Assembly: GCF_018350175.1 (NCBI RefSeq)
Contig: NC_058368.1
Location: 53,756,001-53,820,000 of the forward strand
Direction: 5' to 3'
DNA length: 64,000 nucleotides
DNA from: Felis catus
Lineage: Eukaryota
Positions 11,568 to 25,380 of this stretch are shown one piece after another (position 1 is the stretch's first letter; each line of letters opens with the position of its first letter). A model generated the notes under the pieces. That model was not told the origin of the DNA and searched no databases. It saw only the letters and a list, made by a program, of their open reading frames with translations. Position numbers and translations under genes: made by a program.

Positions 11568-14500
11568 CGTATTTTGACTGGATACTCCCTAAATTATTTT
11601 CCACCCTACATGTTCCTATTATAATTAAATTCAGAGATCTTACTTACAACTTTGAGTACTCTCACTTCCTCATCAACACAGCCTACCTCATACCCAAGTC
11701 CTTCTATCACCTGCTCACATTTGGTTCTTACGTTACTGTCTCTTCATTCTTGCAGAAACTCCTTAAAAACTAACCTCCCCTGCTTAGGTCCTTGATTTTC
11801 TATTCAAATTCATTATTAGAAACAAGCCCAGCTTCCAATTTCTTTGTCTCTGATTTAGATTATAAGTATTTAGCTTGGTAACACTCTTTGCAGTTCAAGT
11901 ATTATTCTTTGCTGATGTTTTATCTTATGAGTTCTATGTATTCACAAACGTTGGGAAAAATGACTTGGCTCCCCTTTCTCAATGCTTTAAGGGTGGTTTA
12001 ATGTAGTGAAGTCTCAAAGATGAAAAAACCCCAAATTGTATTTGAAATAACAAACTGGGTTTTAGGATCAGAAATATGAGGTAGCGTGCACCCTGACATG
12101 TATCTACATACTTGTAAGATTTATAACAGATCTTCACTGTTCTGAAGACATTTGTGGAGTGCTTCTGGAATTTGCTAATTAACAAGAGCTCAGTTCCCCT
12201 TTTGCCGTGCCTTACCTCATTCTTTCTCTTACCATAAACTCATCAAGCGGAATTTTATAAATATCAACATATGTCTCTTTTATTTGGTCTGACTCTTCTC
12301 ATCAGGAGAGAACCTCATTTTTAAACAGCTGTATTCCTGATTTTGTCTTGGTTGACATAATGCTCTTTTCACTGTGAGGGAAATAACGGGTTGGGACGTG
12401 TCAGAAATGGTGGCATTTTATCAGGCCCTTATGTGGGCACTTATAAAGAAAATGATGATTGCTTCCTCATCCCCTAATTCTCTGTCTCCCATGGAGGTGT
12501 CTACTTGCTTCAGCTAATAGTAAGATAACGGAGAGACCCATCCTTTGAAAGATTCTTTGAAAATCTAGCATTTGTGGTAATGACTAAATTTCTTCTAGTG
12601 GCACCTGGAAAAGAAGGTATTTTCTCTTCACTGTGAAAGCACAATTTTCAGATCTTTTCAATGGGGCTTGAGTTTCACTATAATTCTTCAAAGAGCTGCT
12701 ACTTCTGGTAATTCCCATGAAAATGATAAACTGCAAAAGCCTGAAGGCTTGAAGTGGACTGTCGCTTGTAGTGTGTGTTGGGGGGGAGGGGCATCAGCTT
12801 TGATGTGTTAATCACATAGGCCCTCCTGCGCCTTAGTCCTCTTCCTTAAAGCTCCTGTGAAATCAAGGTAAAAATCATGAGAGGCATCCTTGCAAGAATG
12901 TATTATGCGGAAAGGAAGGAGGACCCTTCCATCTGTTTTTCCTCAATCAGGACCACCCGTAGGGTAGGCAGAGCCCCAGGCAATGTTAGTTTTTTGCAGG
13001 GTCTGTGTCTATATAAAGACTACTTTTTGTTTGTTTGTTTCAAGTTTTTATTTATGTAGACTACTTTAAAAAAATGCGTTGCAACTTTGAGGTCACGTAT
13101 TGCATTTTTCAATGATGAATAATTAGTAGAGAAAAGATGCTCTTGTATTTATTGTCCAGTCAGAGCACAGGAAGATACTTTGTAGTGTTTAGATACCATT
13201 TCTTTCTGTTCAGACTCAGGCATCATCTCTTTATGTTCTTAATTGTTAAATGTAATAATTTTCACCACAAGAATAAGGTAGCAATGGCTGTTATTCACAG
13301 TGCCCTGACTCCTTAGATCCTGTTTATATTGAAATAATGTTGATCTTCTTGCTTCTAAATGCCATCAGTACCATTTACTTCATTTATTTGATGCTGGTTG
13401 TGGCATTACATGTGACGTGTATCATAAATCCTGCTGCCCATCCCACAAGTACTGGCTTTCAAAGATCCTCTCAGACGTCATAATTGGACTTTATTGATGA
13501 TGCCCACAAATGCGAGTCTTTTTCAGAGTACACAGAAAAGGTGAACAATAATTCACTTCCTGGCTATATGGAACTTATTGTGTGGAACCTCGTAGCATAA
13601 ACATAGAACAGATACATCTTCCAAACATTCCATCTCTTGAATTCTTTAGGCCGTAATCACGGCATTCCTAGATTGTGACATCTTTTAATATTGACTATCA
13701 CACCTGGCCCACCATCAAGAAAAATGCACGAGGGGCTGTAGACAGAGTAAGAAAAGTGATTCCTGCAAGGAAAGTGTATTCCTCACCCAGCATGGATAAA
13801 GATCAGTGTAGGGAGTGCATCGTCACAGCATAGATGGGAAGGGCTCATTGGTATTAGAGAGCAATGGATGTCCCAGGAAGAGATAGGTGTGGCCCCCCTG
13901 GAAGACTGCCTGCCACATGGTGCAGAGCTGTGAGGGGGACGGGGGCCTATCCCGAGTGCCACCATGGGCAGGGAGGACACACTGGGTAAAGGATGCCAGT
14001 ACAACCCTACCATCCTCAGGTGCTATAGACCCAAGACTATATTATGGCTGGCACATGCAGAGAGCCCACATACACTGCTGAAGCCTAAAGTTAGCCCAAA
14101 GCCTGAACTTGTCCTTTACCTGACACAAATAAGAATCTACCTAAATCAGTAGCCAGTAGCATCCCAGCCACAGAACCCCAGGACCACTGCACAGGCACGG
14201 ATCCTGCAACTCCGGGAGCATTGGTCAACTAAGTGCTTGAGGGAGGTGGATGAAGAAGATCAAAGGATTGGAGGGCACTTCAAAGGGGGTGGGATACAGA
14301 AATGGATTCCTGAGGGTTTTGACCAAGACTTGGGAAACCCAGCCCAGATGGTGCTGTGGCCTCTGTTGGTCTCAGACAAAAGAGGGACCTTAAAAGAAAA
14401 TATTGAGGATGACACTCCAAAAAGCAGAACCCCTTAATTTGCAACAGGGGTCCCACTTCGTTGGGTCTAACAGCTCCAAGTGATAATGGAGGTATGTGGG

Positions 14501-14636
14501 GGTAGACAAATGATTTTACTGATTACATGTGTTTGAACTCACATATTTTAGTCTTAGTTGGCCAGTTGCATTCTTTTTCTCTCCCACCTGTCATCCATTT
14601 ATCCAACAGTGACTAAGTGAGTGCCTTTGATATGAC

Positions 14637-14888
14637 AGTAAGGCCAACTTACCTGTTAGACATTAAGGTCAACAATATTTTTAGGAGCTCATAAAAATAT
14701 TCCCATTGCTTTTATAATCACAAGAAAGAAGGGGACTCTTAGGTCCAAGAAAATGTCTTAATATGTAATATCTATTCATCTTTATACCAACACAGTCATA
14801 AAATATCATCTTTAATTTCTTTTTATGGCAGAAGGTGCTCATAAAGGCTGTAGTGCCTAGAGCCCTAAGAATTCAAAATGCAGCCCTG
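14637..14888. mobile_element. Probable hAT-Tip100-type MITE interrupting an L2
   Basis: AT-rich insert ending gtgcctagagccc...gcagccctg; L2-like sequence on both sides. Confidence 0.4.
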
Positions 14889-15879
14889 ATGTCCAACACT
14901 GTACTATGAGCTAGGGATGCAGCTGTGAGCAAGAGACAGTTGTGTCTTTCATGGTACATGGACACGGAGGGTGATGAAAAAGGACATGGGAGGTTACATT
15001 AGAGTATAATAATATATTCTTCCAACAGAGGTCTGTCCAAGGAAATACAGAAGGCTTGGTAGCAGGGTTGGGGGGACGTCTGTGTAAATCAGTGATGGGA
15101 GTGGGGGATGATTGCCTCATCTCACTCTGGTGTATAGCCAGTTCACCAGAGTTTTTACCAAGTATTCTTGTAATTGATGCAGATGATGATCTGTATGTAT
15201 TATAGGCAGCTATTAAAGTCAGCTACTGGTAGAGATTTAACTTTGATACTGGTTACTTTGAAATTTAAGCATCCCATCTGAAAGCATTTTTGAAATAATT
15301 GTGAAATGTGTAATAAATGTATGTATAATTTGCTACCTGGCTCTGTGTCCGTGATTACTTCCAGGTTCTTCAAACTATCCAAATCATTGGTAATCCTAAC
15401 ATACCATACTGGATTTTTGGAGAGTGGAATAGACATCTCCAAGTGATGCCTATTTAAATACCTCCCAGGGTCATGATCTCATTACCTCTCAGCCTAGTCC
15501 ACAAAGGATAGCTTTGTATCTTAGTAAGTTCTCTTTGAAACGTCTTACTATAAACAGCAACAACAACAAAAACCCTCTGTGTGTTTGTTTGTCGTAACAG
15601 GTAATGACGCGATATATATAGCTCATTAGTTTAGGTTGTATTTGATGATACCAGAGGTCCCTTAAAACCATAAAAGTATAATTTATTTACATTTTGTTTA
15701 ATGGAAAGAGGGATTCGCCTAAAGACATATACTTTATTCAACAAGCCAACATTTAGTGAACATCCACTTTTGTGCCAGACACCACGGGCCCATAAATAAA
15801 TGACACACAGTTCTTATCTGCAAGAAACTCATAATTCAGGGAAGAACATGGGCAAGAAAATCAGTGATTATAATACCGT

Positions 15880-16290
15880 TATGGTCACCTTCAATGGCAG
15901 ATGGACTCTCCACCCAAAGTTTGGCCTGGATATTGAGACGGATTACCACACACACACACACGGATATGAAAAGTTGTATTGCTTACAAAATTGCAGTCTG
16001 TGAGGTGAGCAGAGCAGCCCTCTGGAGCATATCTGAAATGGCTAGAAAGAACACGGGAAGGAGACTGGCTCGGGGGTTTGTTGCGGTTCGGTGGGGAGGC
16101 CAGAGTGAGAGTGCCTCCACATAGACAGGGGCCTGCCTGGTTCAGATCTCCTGCTGGCGCCAAAGGAGGAGCACCCAGGCTTTCTTATCACCTTGTCCAA
16201 ATGTGAGACACAAAGGGAAGTGGAAGGAGTGAGGCTTAAACACTATCTACAGTCAAACACCAAAAAAAAAAAAAAAGGAGCCAGGCTCCT
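15880..16290. mobile_element. ERVL-type solo LTR (MER74/LTR53-like) within an L2
   Basis: gatggactctccacccaaagtttggcctggatattgagacgga...cacacac motif recalled from this LTR group; L2 flanks at ~15730-15880 and ~16290-16560. Confidence 0.5.
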
Positions 16291-19200
16291 CATTCCAGAT
16301 ATGGTTGATAAGAAGTGCTATGCGGGAAGTTTCTAAGGGTCTAAGGGGTGCTTGTCACAGGAGCATTTAATCCAGCCTTGGAGGGTTTGAAAGAGTTTCT
16401 GGAGAATGGTGCTCTTGAGTGAATCATGAAGGGTGTGAGGAAGAGTGAGGAGACGTTAACCATGAAGATCAACTCGAGGCAGAAGAGTATCACACTGGAA
16501 GCACCACAGGTTCATTTGAGAAGGTGGTACTATTCCAATTCGAAAGCTGCCCGAGGTTGAATCAGAAGGAAAGCAGTAAAAGCCCTATCAGTGAGAGGTA
16601 TAGGACTTGATTAGTTAACCTTCTCTTGTTAATTACAGTGTTAGTTTAAAACAGATACTGTCAACACAGTCTGAGGGGATTTCTGGTAGCGGGTTTGCGG
16701 TGACGAGAGGGGAAGGAACTTCTTGGTCAGTCTTCTCATACTGCAGAGATCATGATACTCTCCCAAACCGTTTTGGTACCTCTTCCAGGGGAAGAAATTA
16801 TGTGTGGTTTAAAAACAAAAACAGCTGACTTGGATATATGCCATCTTCTGCCTGGTAGAAAATTACTGGACTAACAAAGCAAAGTTCTAAGAGTGAATTT
16901 CAGGCTTGGCCCCAGCGAGACAAAGTGTTACATTGGGTGGGAGGAAGGAATGAATAGTGGGGTGCTTTCCTGGAGCATTAGAGTCACAGAAAAGCCAGGT
17001 GTAGTTATAAAAGGAAGAGAAGACCCAGTTCTAACTCTTCAGAGTTAGGTGTTCGATTTAGTGGAGGAGGACCAAAGAAGGATAAAAAGAATACTCAGAA
17101 CAGGACAGTAGAAGGAACTTAAATGACCAAGAGAAGCTGGACCCTGCAGGGGAGCTAAGTTCCTACTGTGCCCATCCCATTAGACTCCCTTCCTAGTGTT
17201 TCTGACATGAAACGAAGAACTCAACTTTAGGACATCTAAGAAAGGAAGACCAGTACTAATCAGACATTTGTGACACATAGCCACAATTTCCTAAGCAGAT
17301 TCTCAGCCAGTAGGCTTTGTATTCCTGTCCTCATTTTGAGTAACTCTCCTGGAAATCCTTGTGTGATACTGGAATCAGCTGCCATCCAACCTTGGGCTCT
17401 GTGCTGCTGGGGGCAAAAGAAAAGAGTAATAAAAGTTGGAACTGGTCTGCTGAGCAAAGGCTCCCTTTTTAAAAGCAAGAGGCTAAGACATGGGGGAGGG
17501 AGGATTCGATTAAAGGAAGAAAACTTTCTGTGACCAAGGCAACCAGAAGGCCCCCCCAAAGCCTGTGGGAGCTTGTGAGGAGAGAGATGAAGAAGTCCTG
17601 TAGATTTGTTACATCAAGATGTTACTGTTTTTAATCAAGGTTCCTAGGTGACCCTTAGTCAATTAACTCATGGTCCAGTTGTCCTATTATGTATCTTCAG
17701 CTGATTCTTCTCTTTGTATATTCTCTTCTCTTTTCCGAATGCTGCTAAATTTGAGACGTGATTATGAGCTGCTACATTCAGCATTAATTTAATCCTAGAG
17801 CTTAATTCATTTCTTTCTCTTGTAGCTGATTGAAAAAAGAGGAAGTTGTAAAAAGAAAAAAAGGGAAGTTATTTCAACCAAGGTTTTATCGTTTTGAGAG
17901 AAAAGGGAATAATTTAAATACACGCAGCATGCTATTTCTAAAACCAGGGCAAGTAGCCCAATAAAATAATTCTGACCATATGAATGAATCTACATTTTAC
18001 TTTCATTGCCAAGTGCACCCAGCTGGAGTTGAAACAGCTTTAAAGATCAATGTCCATTTAAGTGATCATAGGAAAGTGGTTCTAAAGGTTACTGTTTTAG
18101 CAAATTAAAATTTCAAGAGCATAATTACAAATATATACCGTAATAACAGTAGGCATTTTTTAAGATTGCACGAATTTAAGAAAAAGTCTAATTTACAGTT
18201 TCTAGTTAACCCAAAGGTCAATATCAAACAAACTGTGAACTGAAAATAAAAACAGAGAAAAATAGGTTGGAAAGTATTTAATAAAATGGCATTTAACCAG
18301 AAGAAAACATGTTTTGTAACTCAGCTTGCCATTTCACATTATTTTTGAAGTATTTCATGCTGTACTCTCCTGTTTCCTTCAGTACTATTTAAATTTTTAG
18401 CCACCAATTTGTTCGTAAGAGATTCATTAGAAGACATGGTTAATTGCATATTTTCTATGATTCATCAAGGCAAGCAAGGCTCATTAATGATATAGGGTAC
18501 TTTTGCTAGCACAAAAGATACTCAAAATTCATAGAAAAGAATAAATATTTATTAGATTGGACAATCAAGAAAAGACTTTGCCCACTCGGCTGGATTTACA
18601 ATGTCGGGAACTTTAGCTAAATTTCTAAGAGTTACATTTCCAGAGGAGATGATAACTCAGGCACAGTGGAAATGCTTACAATTAGGAGAAATTTGTGGCC
18701 AGCTACAGCTACTCTCTCCAGCATTTCAAGGAAACATGATGGCTAACCTACTCACTTCCAGGTAAATTCCTGAAAATGGTTCACTTTGTAGCCCTTTGAT
18801 CTTGTCAACTACAGAGCAAAATGGAAAGGAAAGATGAAGAATGGTTCTTGGTAAGAGGTGTTTTGTTTTTCATGACATTGCTCAATGTGTTTTGAATACT
18901 TTTTCTAGGAATAGTGATGGATTTGCACATGTGTATCCACACTCCATCAACTGCCTTCCTCTTGCTAATATGGATTTATGAGTTAGCTTTTCCAAGTCTT
19001 AGGAAGTTGTCTGTGGCCACATCTTAGATTGGAACCCTGGAGCAATCCAGACTTCTTTAGAGATCCTTAGCCTCGTTAACACCTGATTTTAATCTATCCT
19101 TCCTGTATCCTCTCTTCCTTGACGGCCAAATTTGTGATGTGTCCAGATTTAAAATTATTTTATCCAGCAATGGAGTTGAGTTGGAATCCCAGAATTGGGT

Positions 19201-19699
19201 CTGAGGAGAAGTGAAGTCCATGTGAGCAATGAGTTTGGGCTCTAGAAGAACTAAAGTTTAATAAATTGTGACTGCCCCCTTAATAATTCCAAATATATTA
19301 ATGCTAAGATTATCTTAGGCAGATTCTTAAAATAATCTGGCTAATTGGTTTAATCATGCCAAATCAAAAGACTGGGAATCCCAAATATCTGGAATTCAGG
19401 TATCTGAAATATGGTTAATAAAATTATAAAAACAATGAAGTCCGTTCTGTTTAATGAAAATATTATTAAATCTCAGTAATAAAAATTACCTTTAATCATG
19501 TTGAAATATATTGCATTTTGGCTTGTAGCCTGAAAAGGGTTATGTTACATAAATAGAAGCTCAATTAATATTCAGTGGACTAAACAGTGCACACCTGGTA
19601 TTAAATATGATAAACTTTGGACTCCTTTTCAGAATGTCTAAGTCAGCATTCTTCTTTGGAGGGTTGTTTCTTTTAGCCTGGCTATGCCTTTTTCCTATT

Positions 19700-19918
19700 A
19701 AAAAACATTTTTTTTTAACGTTGGTTCATTTTTGAGAATGACAGAGACAGAGAACGAATGGGGGAGGGGCAGAGAGAGGGAGACACACAGAATCCAAAGC
19801 AGGCTCCAGCTCGGAGCTGTCAGCACAAAGCGAGATGCAGGGCTTGAACTCATGAACCTCGAGATCATGACCTGAGCTGAAGTCGAACACTTACTTGACT
19901 GAGCCACCCATGTGCCCC
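19700..19918 (-). mobile_element. CAN-SINE
   Basis: Antisense SINEC; TSD tttttcctatt on both sides. Confidence 0.95.
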
Positions 19919-20770
19919 TACATTTTTCCTATTTTAACCTTTCTCTTCACTCTAAATACCATTCCTTCTAATATTTGAAAAAATGTGACTATTCGGAAAA
20001 TCTCTAGCCAAAGTATCTTCAGGTAAAAAATGTGTTCCCCGGCTCGCATGCTAACACGGTAGGATCACTAAACTTCTTGTTATTTCAGTAATAAACACTT
20101 GGCTGCTGATTTGTGTTCATCAGTTGCTCAAGGGAAGAGAGTGGGATGTCTGATGTCTTGAGTACAGTCCGGTCTGTCAGGCTGGGCCTGCGACTTTGAT
20201 TCGGTTTCAGGCCACGAGCTATGAGTGAGGATGAAAATCTTGTCCTCTGTTTCCCAAAGATAGAACATCTCTGTGTTCCATTGTTCTAATAAAGAAAAAC
20301 AAGTCGTATAAACTTGCCAACCAGAGACAAAAACTTTTTTGGTGGATTAGCAAAATACAAGAACTTTGGTTTCTGGCATCAGAAACTATAAACTAAGATG
20401 TTCATTCTTCTGATGATGGATAGAATTAAATAGTTGCCACTGAGTCACGAGGATGAGATGATTTGATGGCCAGTGAAATGACATAGTCTTAATGGCCCTG
20501 TCATTTCAATCTTTCCCAGTAGCAGAGAAGGAAGGGAGGCATCAAGCAGTATTTTACTCTCATGTATCAGTGAGTCAGGCATTTGGACCAGGCACAGTGG
20601 TGATCGTTTGTTTCTGCTTCACCACGTCTGAGGCCCCAGCAAGGGAAGATTTGGAAAACTGGACACGGATCAGAACACTAGAGGCACGATCATCTTCACA
20701 CTTCTGTCTGGCATCTGGGCAGAGACAACTTGAAGGCCTCACTTAGATGGTTCTATCAACCAGAATTCTT

Positions 20771-21736
20771 TTTTTTTTTTTTAATATATGAAATTTATTG
20801 TCAAATTGGTTTCCATACAACACTCAGTGCTCATCCCAAAAGGTGCCCTCCTCAATACCCATCACCCACCCTTCCCTCCCTCCCACCCCCCATCAACCCT
20901 CAGTTTGTTCTCAGTTTTTAACAGTCTCTTATGCTTTGGCTCTCTCCCACTCTAACCTCTTTTTTTTTTTTCCCTTCCCCTCCCCCATGGGTTTCTGTTA
21001 AGTTTCTCAGGATCCACTTAAGAGTGAAACCATATGGTATCTGTCTTTCTCTGTATGGCTTATTTCACTTAGCATCACACTCTCTAGTTCCATCCACGTT
21101 GCTACAAAAGGCCATATTTCATTTTTTCTCATTGCCACGTAGTATTCCATTGTGTATATAAACCACATCTTCTTTATCCATTCATCAGTTGATGGACATT
21201 TAGGCTCTTTCCGTAATTTGGCTATTGTTGAGAGTGCTGCTATAAACATTGGGGTACAAGTGCCCCTATGCATCAGTACTCCTGTATCCCTTGGGTAAAT
21301 TCCTAGCAGTGCTACTGCTGGGTCATAGGGTAGGTCTATTTTTAATTTTTTGAGGAACCTCCACACTGTTTTCCAGAGTGGCTGCACCAGTTTGCATTCC
21401 CACCAACAGTGCAAGAGGGTTCCCGTTTCTCCACATCCTCTCCAGCATCTATAGTCTCCTGTTTGTTCATTTTGGCCACTCTGACTGGTGTGAGGTGATA
21501 TCTGAGTGTGGTTTTGATTTGTATTTCCCTGATAAGGAGCGACGTTGAACATCTTTTCATGTGCCTGTTGGCCATCTGGATGTCTTCTTTAGAGAAGTGT
21601 CTATTCATGTTTTCTGCCCAATTCTTCACTGGGTTATTTGTTTTTCGGGTGTGGAGTTTGGTGAGCTCTTTATAGATTTTGGATACTAGTCCTTTGTCCG
21701 ATATGTCATTTGCAAATATCTTTTCCCATTCCGTTG
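20771..21736 (-). mobile_element. 5'-truncated feline L1 (ORF2 C-terminus, 3'UTR, poly-A)
   Basis: Perfect 15-bp TSD tcaaccagaattctt (20756-20770 / 21737-21751); poly-T at 20771-20782; G-rich 3'UTR. Confidence 0.98.
21007..21736 (-). pseudogene. L1 ORF2p C-terminal (Cys-rich) fragment with one frameshift near 21461
   Basis: [23 protein letters not shown]...[10 protein letters not shown] in one frame continues as [35 protein letters not shown]...WIKKMWFIYTMEYY in another, both hallmark L1 ORF2p sequence. Confidence 0.95.
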
Positions 21737-23328
21737 TCAACCAGAATTCTTATACAGGGATTTTCCATGTGGCTTGAGCTTACTCAAAGCATGGTGACCT
21801 CAGGGTAGTTGGACATTAGCCATATGGTGGCTCTGGGCTCATGAGTGTGCATTCCTATAAAAAAGGTGGAAGCCATGCAGCCTTTTGTGACCTAGCCTTG
21901 GTGGTCACATACTGTCACCCCTTTTATACCCATTTGTGGTCAAACCTCTCATGAGCCCACCCAAATTCAAGGGGAGAAGAGACCTCATCTGTGGATGAGG
22001 GCAAGTTTAAGACATTTTGCTTGTGCTTGAAAACAGAACCAGGAGGAATGGGTTTCTTCTGAAATAGCATTATTCAGTATTGTGGCTAAGGCTCAGATTA
22101 GTCCTTTATTGTTTCCTCATGGACTCTATTTCCAAATGCGTGCAGTTCTTTAACTCGATGTGTGCTAAATACTTAACCTATGTGAGAGAAGAAGGTGAAA
22201 TAAATGTTGCTGAGTGCTGGTTATATTTGTCATATTTACCCCTACTAAACCCCTATCAGTATTAGCTATGCCTAATCTGTTCTAAACTTTCTTAGGACCC
22301 TTTGGCAGTGTTTCTTTCCAGAGTCATTATTATTTTAGAGAGAGTTTGACTTGGTTGGCTCAGCTTCCCCAAAGATGTACATGTATTGAACCTACTAAAT
22401 GTGTCTGGCTACCATATCTGAAGAAAGTCTCAGATTCTCTCACAGACTTTGTGCCCTTTCTTTAAAACAGAGTAAATTGGGATACAGATGATGGGAAAGA
22501 ACTCAAACTTCTGCTGTGATAAATATTAACATTATAATAAGAGATTTCTGAATACCCCAAAGTGTTTTACCATAAGATGTAGAATCTTTGCAAGAAGAGG
22601 ATAGAGTCTCTGTTCTTCAAGGAACTTACCATCTTATTTGAAAAGGTAGCCAAGCAGATGCACCCTCTGAAAAACGAACACCTGCTGCAGAAACATGCAA
22701 AACTACACATAGCATGTAAGCACATAATTAGTTTAGCCATTCTTACTGGGCACCTGAGCCAGAATGTGCAAATGATTGGAGCCAGGTGACATTAACAAGG
22801 GATGCTCCGTGGTCAAGGTGAATCTTAAGGGGAGGAATCAACTTCCATGATAATGAGGTAGAGAAAGCACAGTAGGAAGAAGATCCGGAGGTTTCTCTGG
22901 GTTTCAAAAAGGTTGAGGTATTTTGAGTTCCAGTTTCAGAGATATGTGCTTTATGGCCAAGTTGAAACTTTGGGCCTAATTCTAACACTTGGAAATATTT
23001 TCTACCTAATTAGTTTCCTTTACACCAGCTCTCACCTCCTTCTAGCTACCCAGCCATGGATTTCATCAAGCTTGGTGCTTCCCTAGTCTTGGTGTCTTAT
23101 GCAGAATCTAGAACAGTATGTGAATCCAGGATGTGCCGGTTACATTTCAATGGAATTAGATTACCTTGAGCAGACCTAGACCCTGACATCTTATGACCGG
23201 TCTATATCTGCTTAGGGCTCTGTTTCCAGAGTTTCTAGAATTCCCCTAGGGATATTCTTAGATCTGCTTTATAATCTGAAGCCTTTGCATAAAACAGTCC
23301 TGTTCCTTGGAAGTCTACATAGCTGTTT

Positions 23329-23542
23329 GTTGTTGTTTTTTGTAATGTTTACTTATTTTTGAGAGAGAGAGTGTGAGAGGGGGAGGGCCAGAGAGAGACA
23401 GGGAGACAGAATCTGAAGCAGGCTCAAGACTCTGAGCTGTCAGCACAGAGCTGGATGCAGGGCTTGAACTCACAAACCCCAAGATCATGACCTCAGCTGA
23501 AGTCAGACGAACGCTTAACCGACTGAGCCATCCAGGCGCCCC
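23329..23542 (-). mobile_element. CAN-SINE
   Basis: Antisense SINEC; TSD ctacatagctgttt / ctacataactgttt. Confidence 0.96.
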
Positions 23543-25380
23543 TACATAACTGTTTTTATTGAGCAATCATATCATGCTGGTTATGCTCAATGATTTTTGG
23601 GGCATACTAACCCTGGGTGAATGAGCCCAAGGCCTAAGCCCAGCTTTTTGGAAAAAGTAGAAAAATAAGAAATCACAAAGGTGTTATTTTTCCTTCTAGA
23701 AAAAAAGAATCTGAAAGTCAGTTATATATACCTGCTTTCAAAATACTTGTAAGAAATTGTAAAAGGGCCTCCTCCAAATTTTATAATTATTTCTCCCTCT
23801 TCTCACTTAATACATTTTTGTTTTTAGCATTTTCTTCACGCATTTTCTGTGGAAATAATCCTAGGTTTCAAGGCTTGCTGCTTCTCCTTATGCATGTGCA
23901 TTTCATACTTTTCTAATCTAAGGGCTTCTGTCATTTTTAAGAAGGCAAAGCTAATGAGAACTCACATGTCACCATGTGTCATGGGCAGGACTGGCCCACA
24001 GATGTCCCACTGGTGGCCCACACTGGTTCAAGACTTTTTTTGCCAAACCATTGCTGCTGCTACAATCTCCTGCTGACTCCTTGTAGTAAAGTCGAGGACA
24101 AGTTAGTCTGGGCCCTGACAGGGTTATCAGAACAGTCCCCAAACTAAAGACTAACTCTGACACTCCTAATCCTCAAGATAGAGTCAACATAGAAAGTGAT
24201 TCTGTTCCATAATCTTAGCTATGCCCTGGTCACCATCTTGCCTGTCTGGTTTTGTTGATGGCAGCCTAACGTTACACAGACTCCAAAGGTGGAGCCCCTT
24301 CCGGGAACCAGGAAGTGGTGAATTATATAACCAACCTGGGATAGGATCAGGTTTACCCGAGGCTGATAACCAACAACTCACAATACTTGCCTTCGCCAAA
24401 AACATCCAGAGAGATCTCGTTTTTCTTAAGACAGTAAAAGGGTTCAAAATTTCACACAGTTAAATGAACACATCGTTCATTAAGATTTATTTTCCATGAA
24501 AAATCGACAGCTCATTAAAAAACAACATTCCTTAATCTCTTTTCCAGCTGTGCACCTAGTCTTTGTCAAGGATGGTGATAATGTAACAGGCAAAAGAAGA
24601 CAAAGTGTCAAATATATAAACAGCAAAAAGTAAAGATTACATTTCAGTAAGTAATTTCATTTATTTGAGATGAAGAGAGACATAAACTCAGCAATCAACA
24701 CTTAGGATTCAGAGTATTCAGTTCTATGACTTTCTCCGGAAGGGACCTTGATTTCATGTTACATCTAAAAGGGAGCAGATATTAAGTGATTCCTATTCTT
24801 TCCCACCTCAGCCCACTTGTGTATGTTTTATAGCTTATAAATGTTACCAAGTTGGAGAGCGAGGAAAGAGCGGCCCGGATCTACTCCGGAAGGGCCTGGA
24901 AGACCCTGTGTTTTCCCAGGTTTTGCGTTAATTCAGAGGACTCTAGGAGGTCTAATTTAGATCTAGGCCCAAGTGAAACTCTAAAGTGACCTGGGGATTG
25001 AAGTCTAAGTATGTGTCCTTTGTTAGCTGTATTCCAAACATTCTCCTCCTTCCATTGGGCCAGAGCGAACCCTATCATTTTGAGAACATGCAGGTAGGAG
25101 TTTTAAGTTATGGGTATTACTTTGACCTTAAATAAAACCGTGTATTATATTAATGATATATAGGTATAAAGCCTTATAAGTTTTTAAGATACTGCCACTT
25201 CTATTATAATTGATCAAACAACTTAAAGAAAACATTATCTCCATTTCATAGAACAACCCACTGAGGCTCTACAGGAATAAATACTTTCTACCAGATAATT
25301 TAGATAAGTGAGTAGCCCAATGCACTTTCCACTAAATGGCTTTTGTGACTCTCCCCAAAATGTGTTCCTTGAACACTAGT

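Larger units (their letters stand above)
20540..22040. mobile_element. Old MaLR LTR (MLT1H/I-like), split by a feline L1 insertion
   Basis: ccatgtggcttgagctt...agcatggtgacctcagggtagt...ttttgtgacctagccttgg...aaattcaaggggag are MLT1H/I-type motifs; sequence is continuous across the L1 TSD. Confidence 0.7.

Noticed and set aside
13780..14460. GC-richer block as a novel element
   Set aside because: Most likely an old LTR remnant, but I cannot assign a family or find termini, so it is not listed as a feature
17800..17890. Exon after the strong acceptor ttcatttctttctcttgtag
   Set aside because: No credible donor nearby (AAG|gtttta is weak) and the Lys-rich peptide reflects A-rich low complexity
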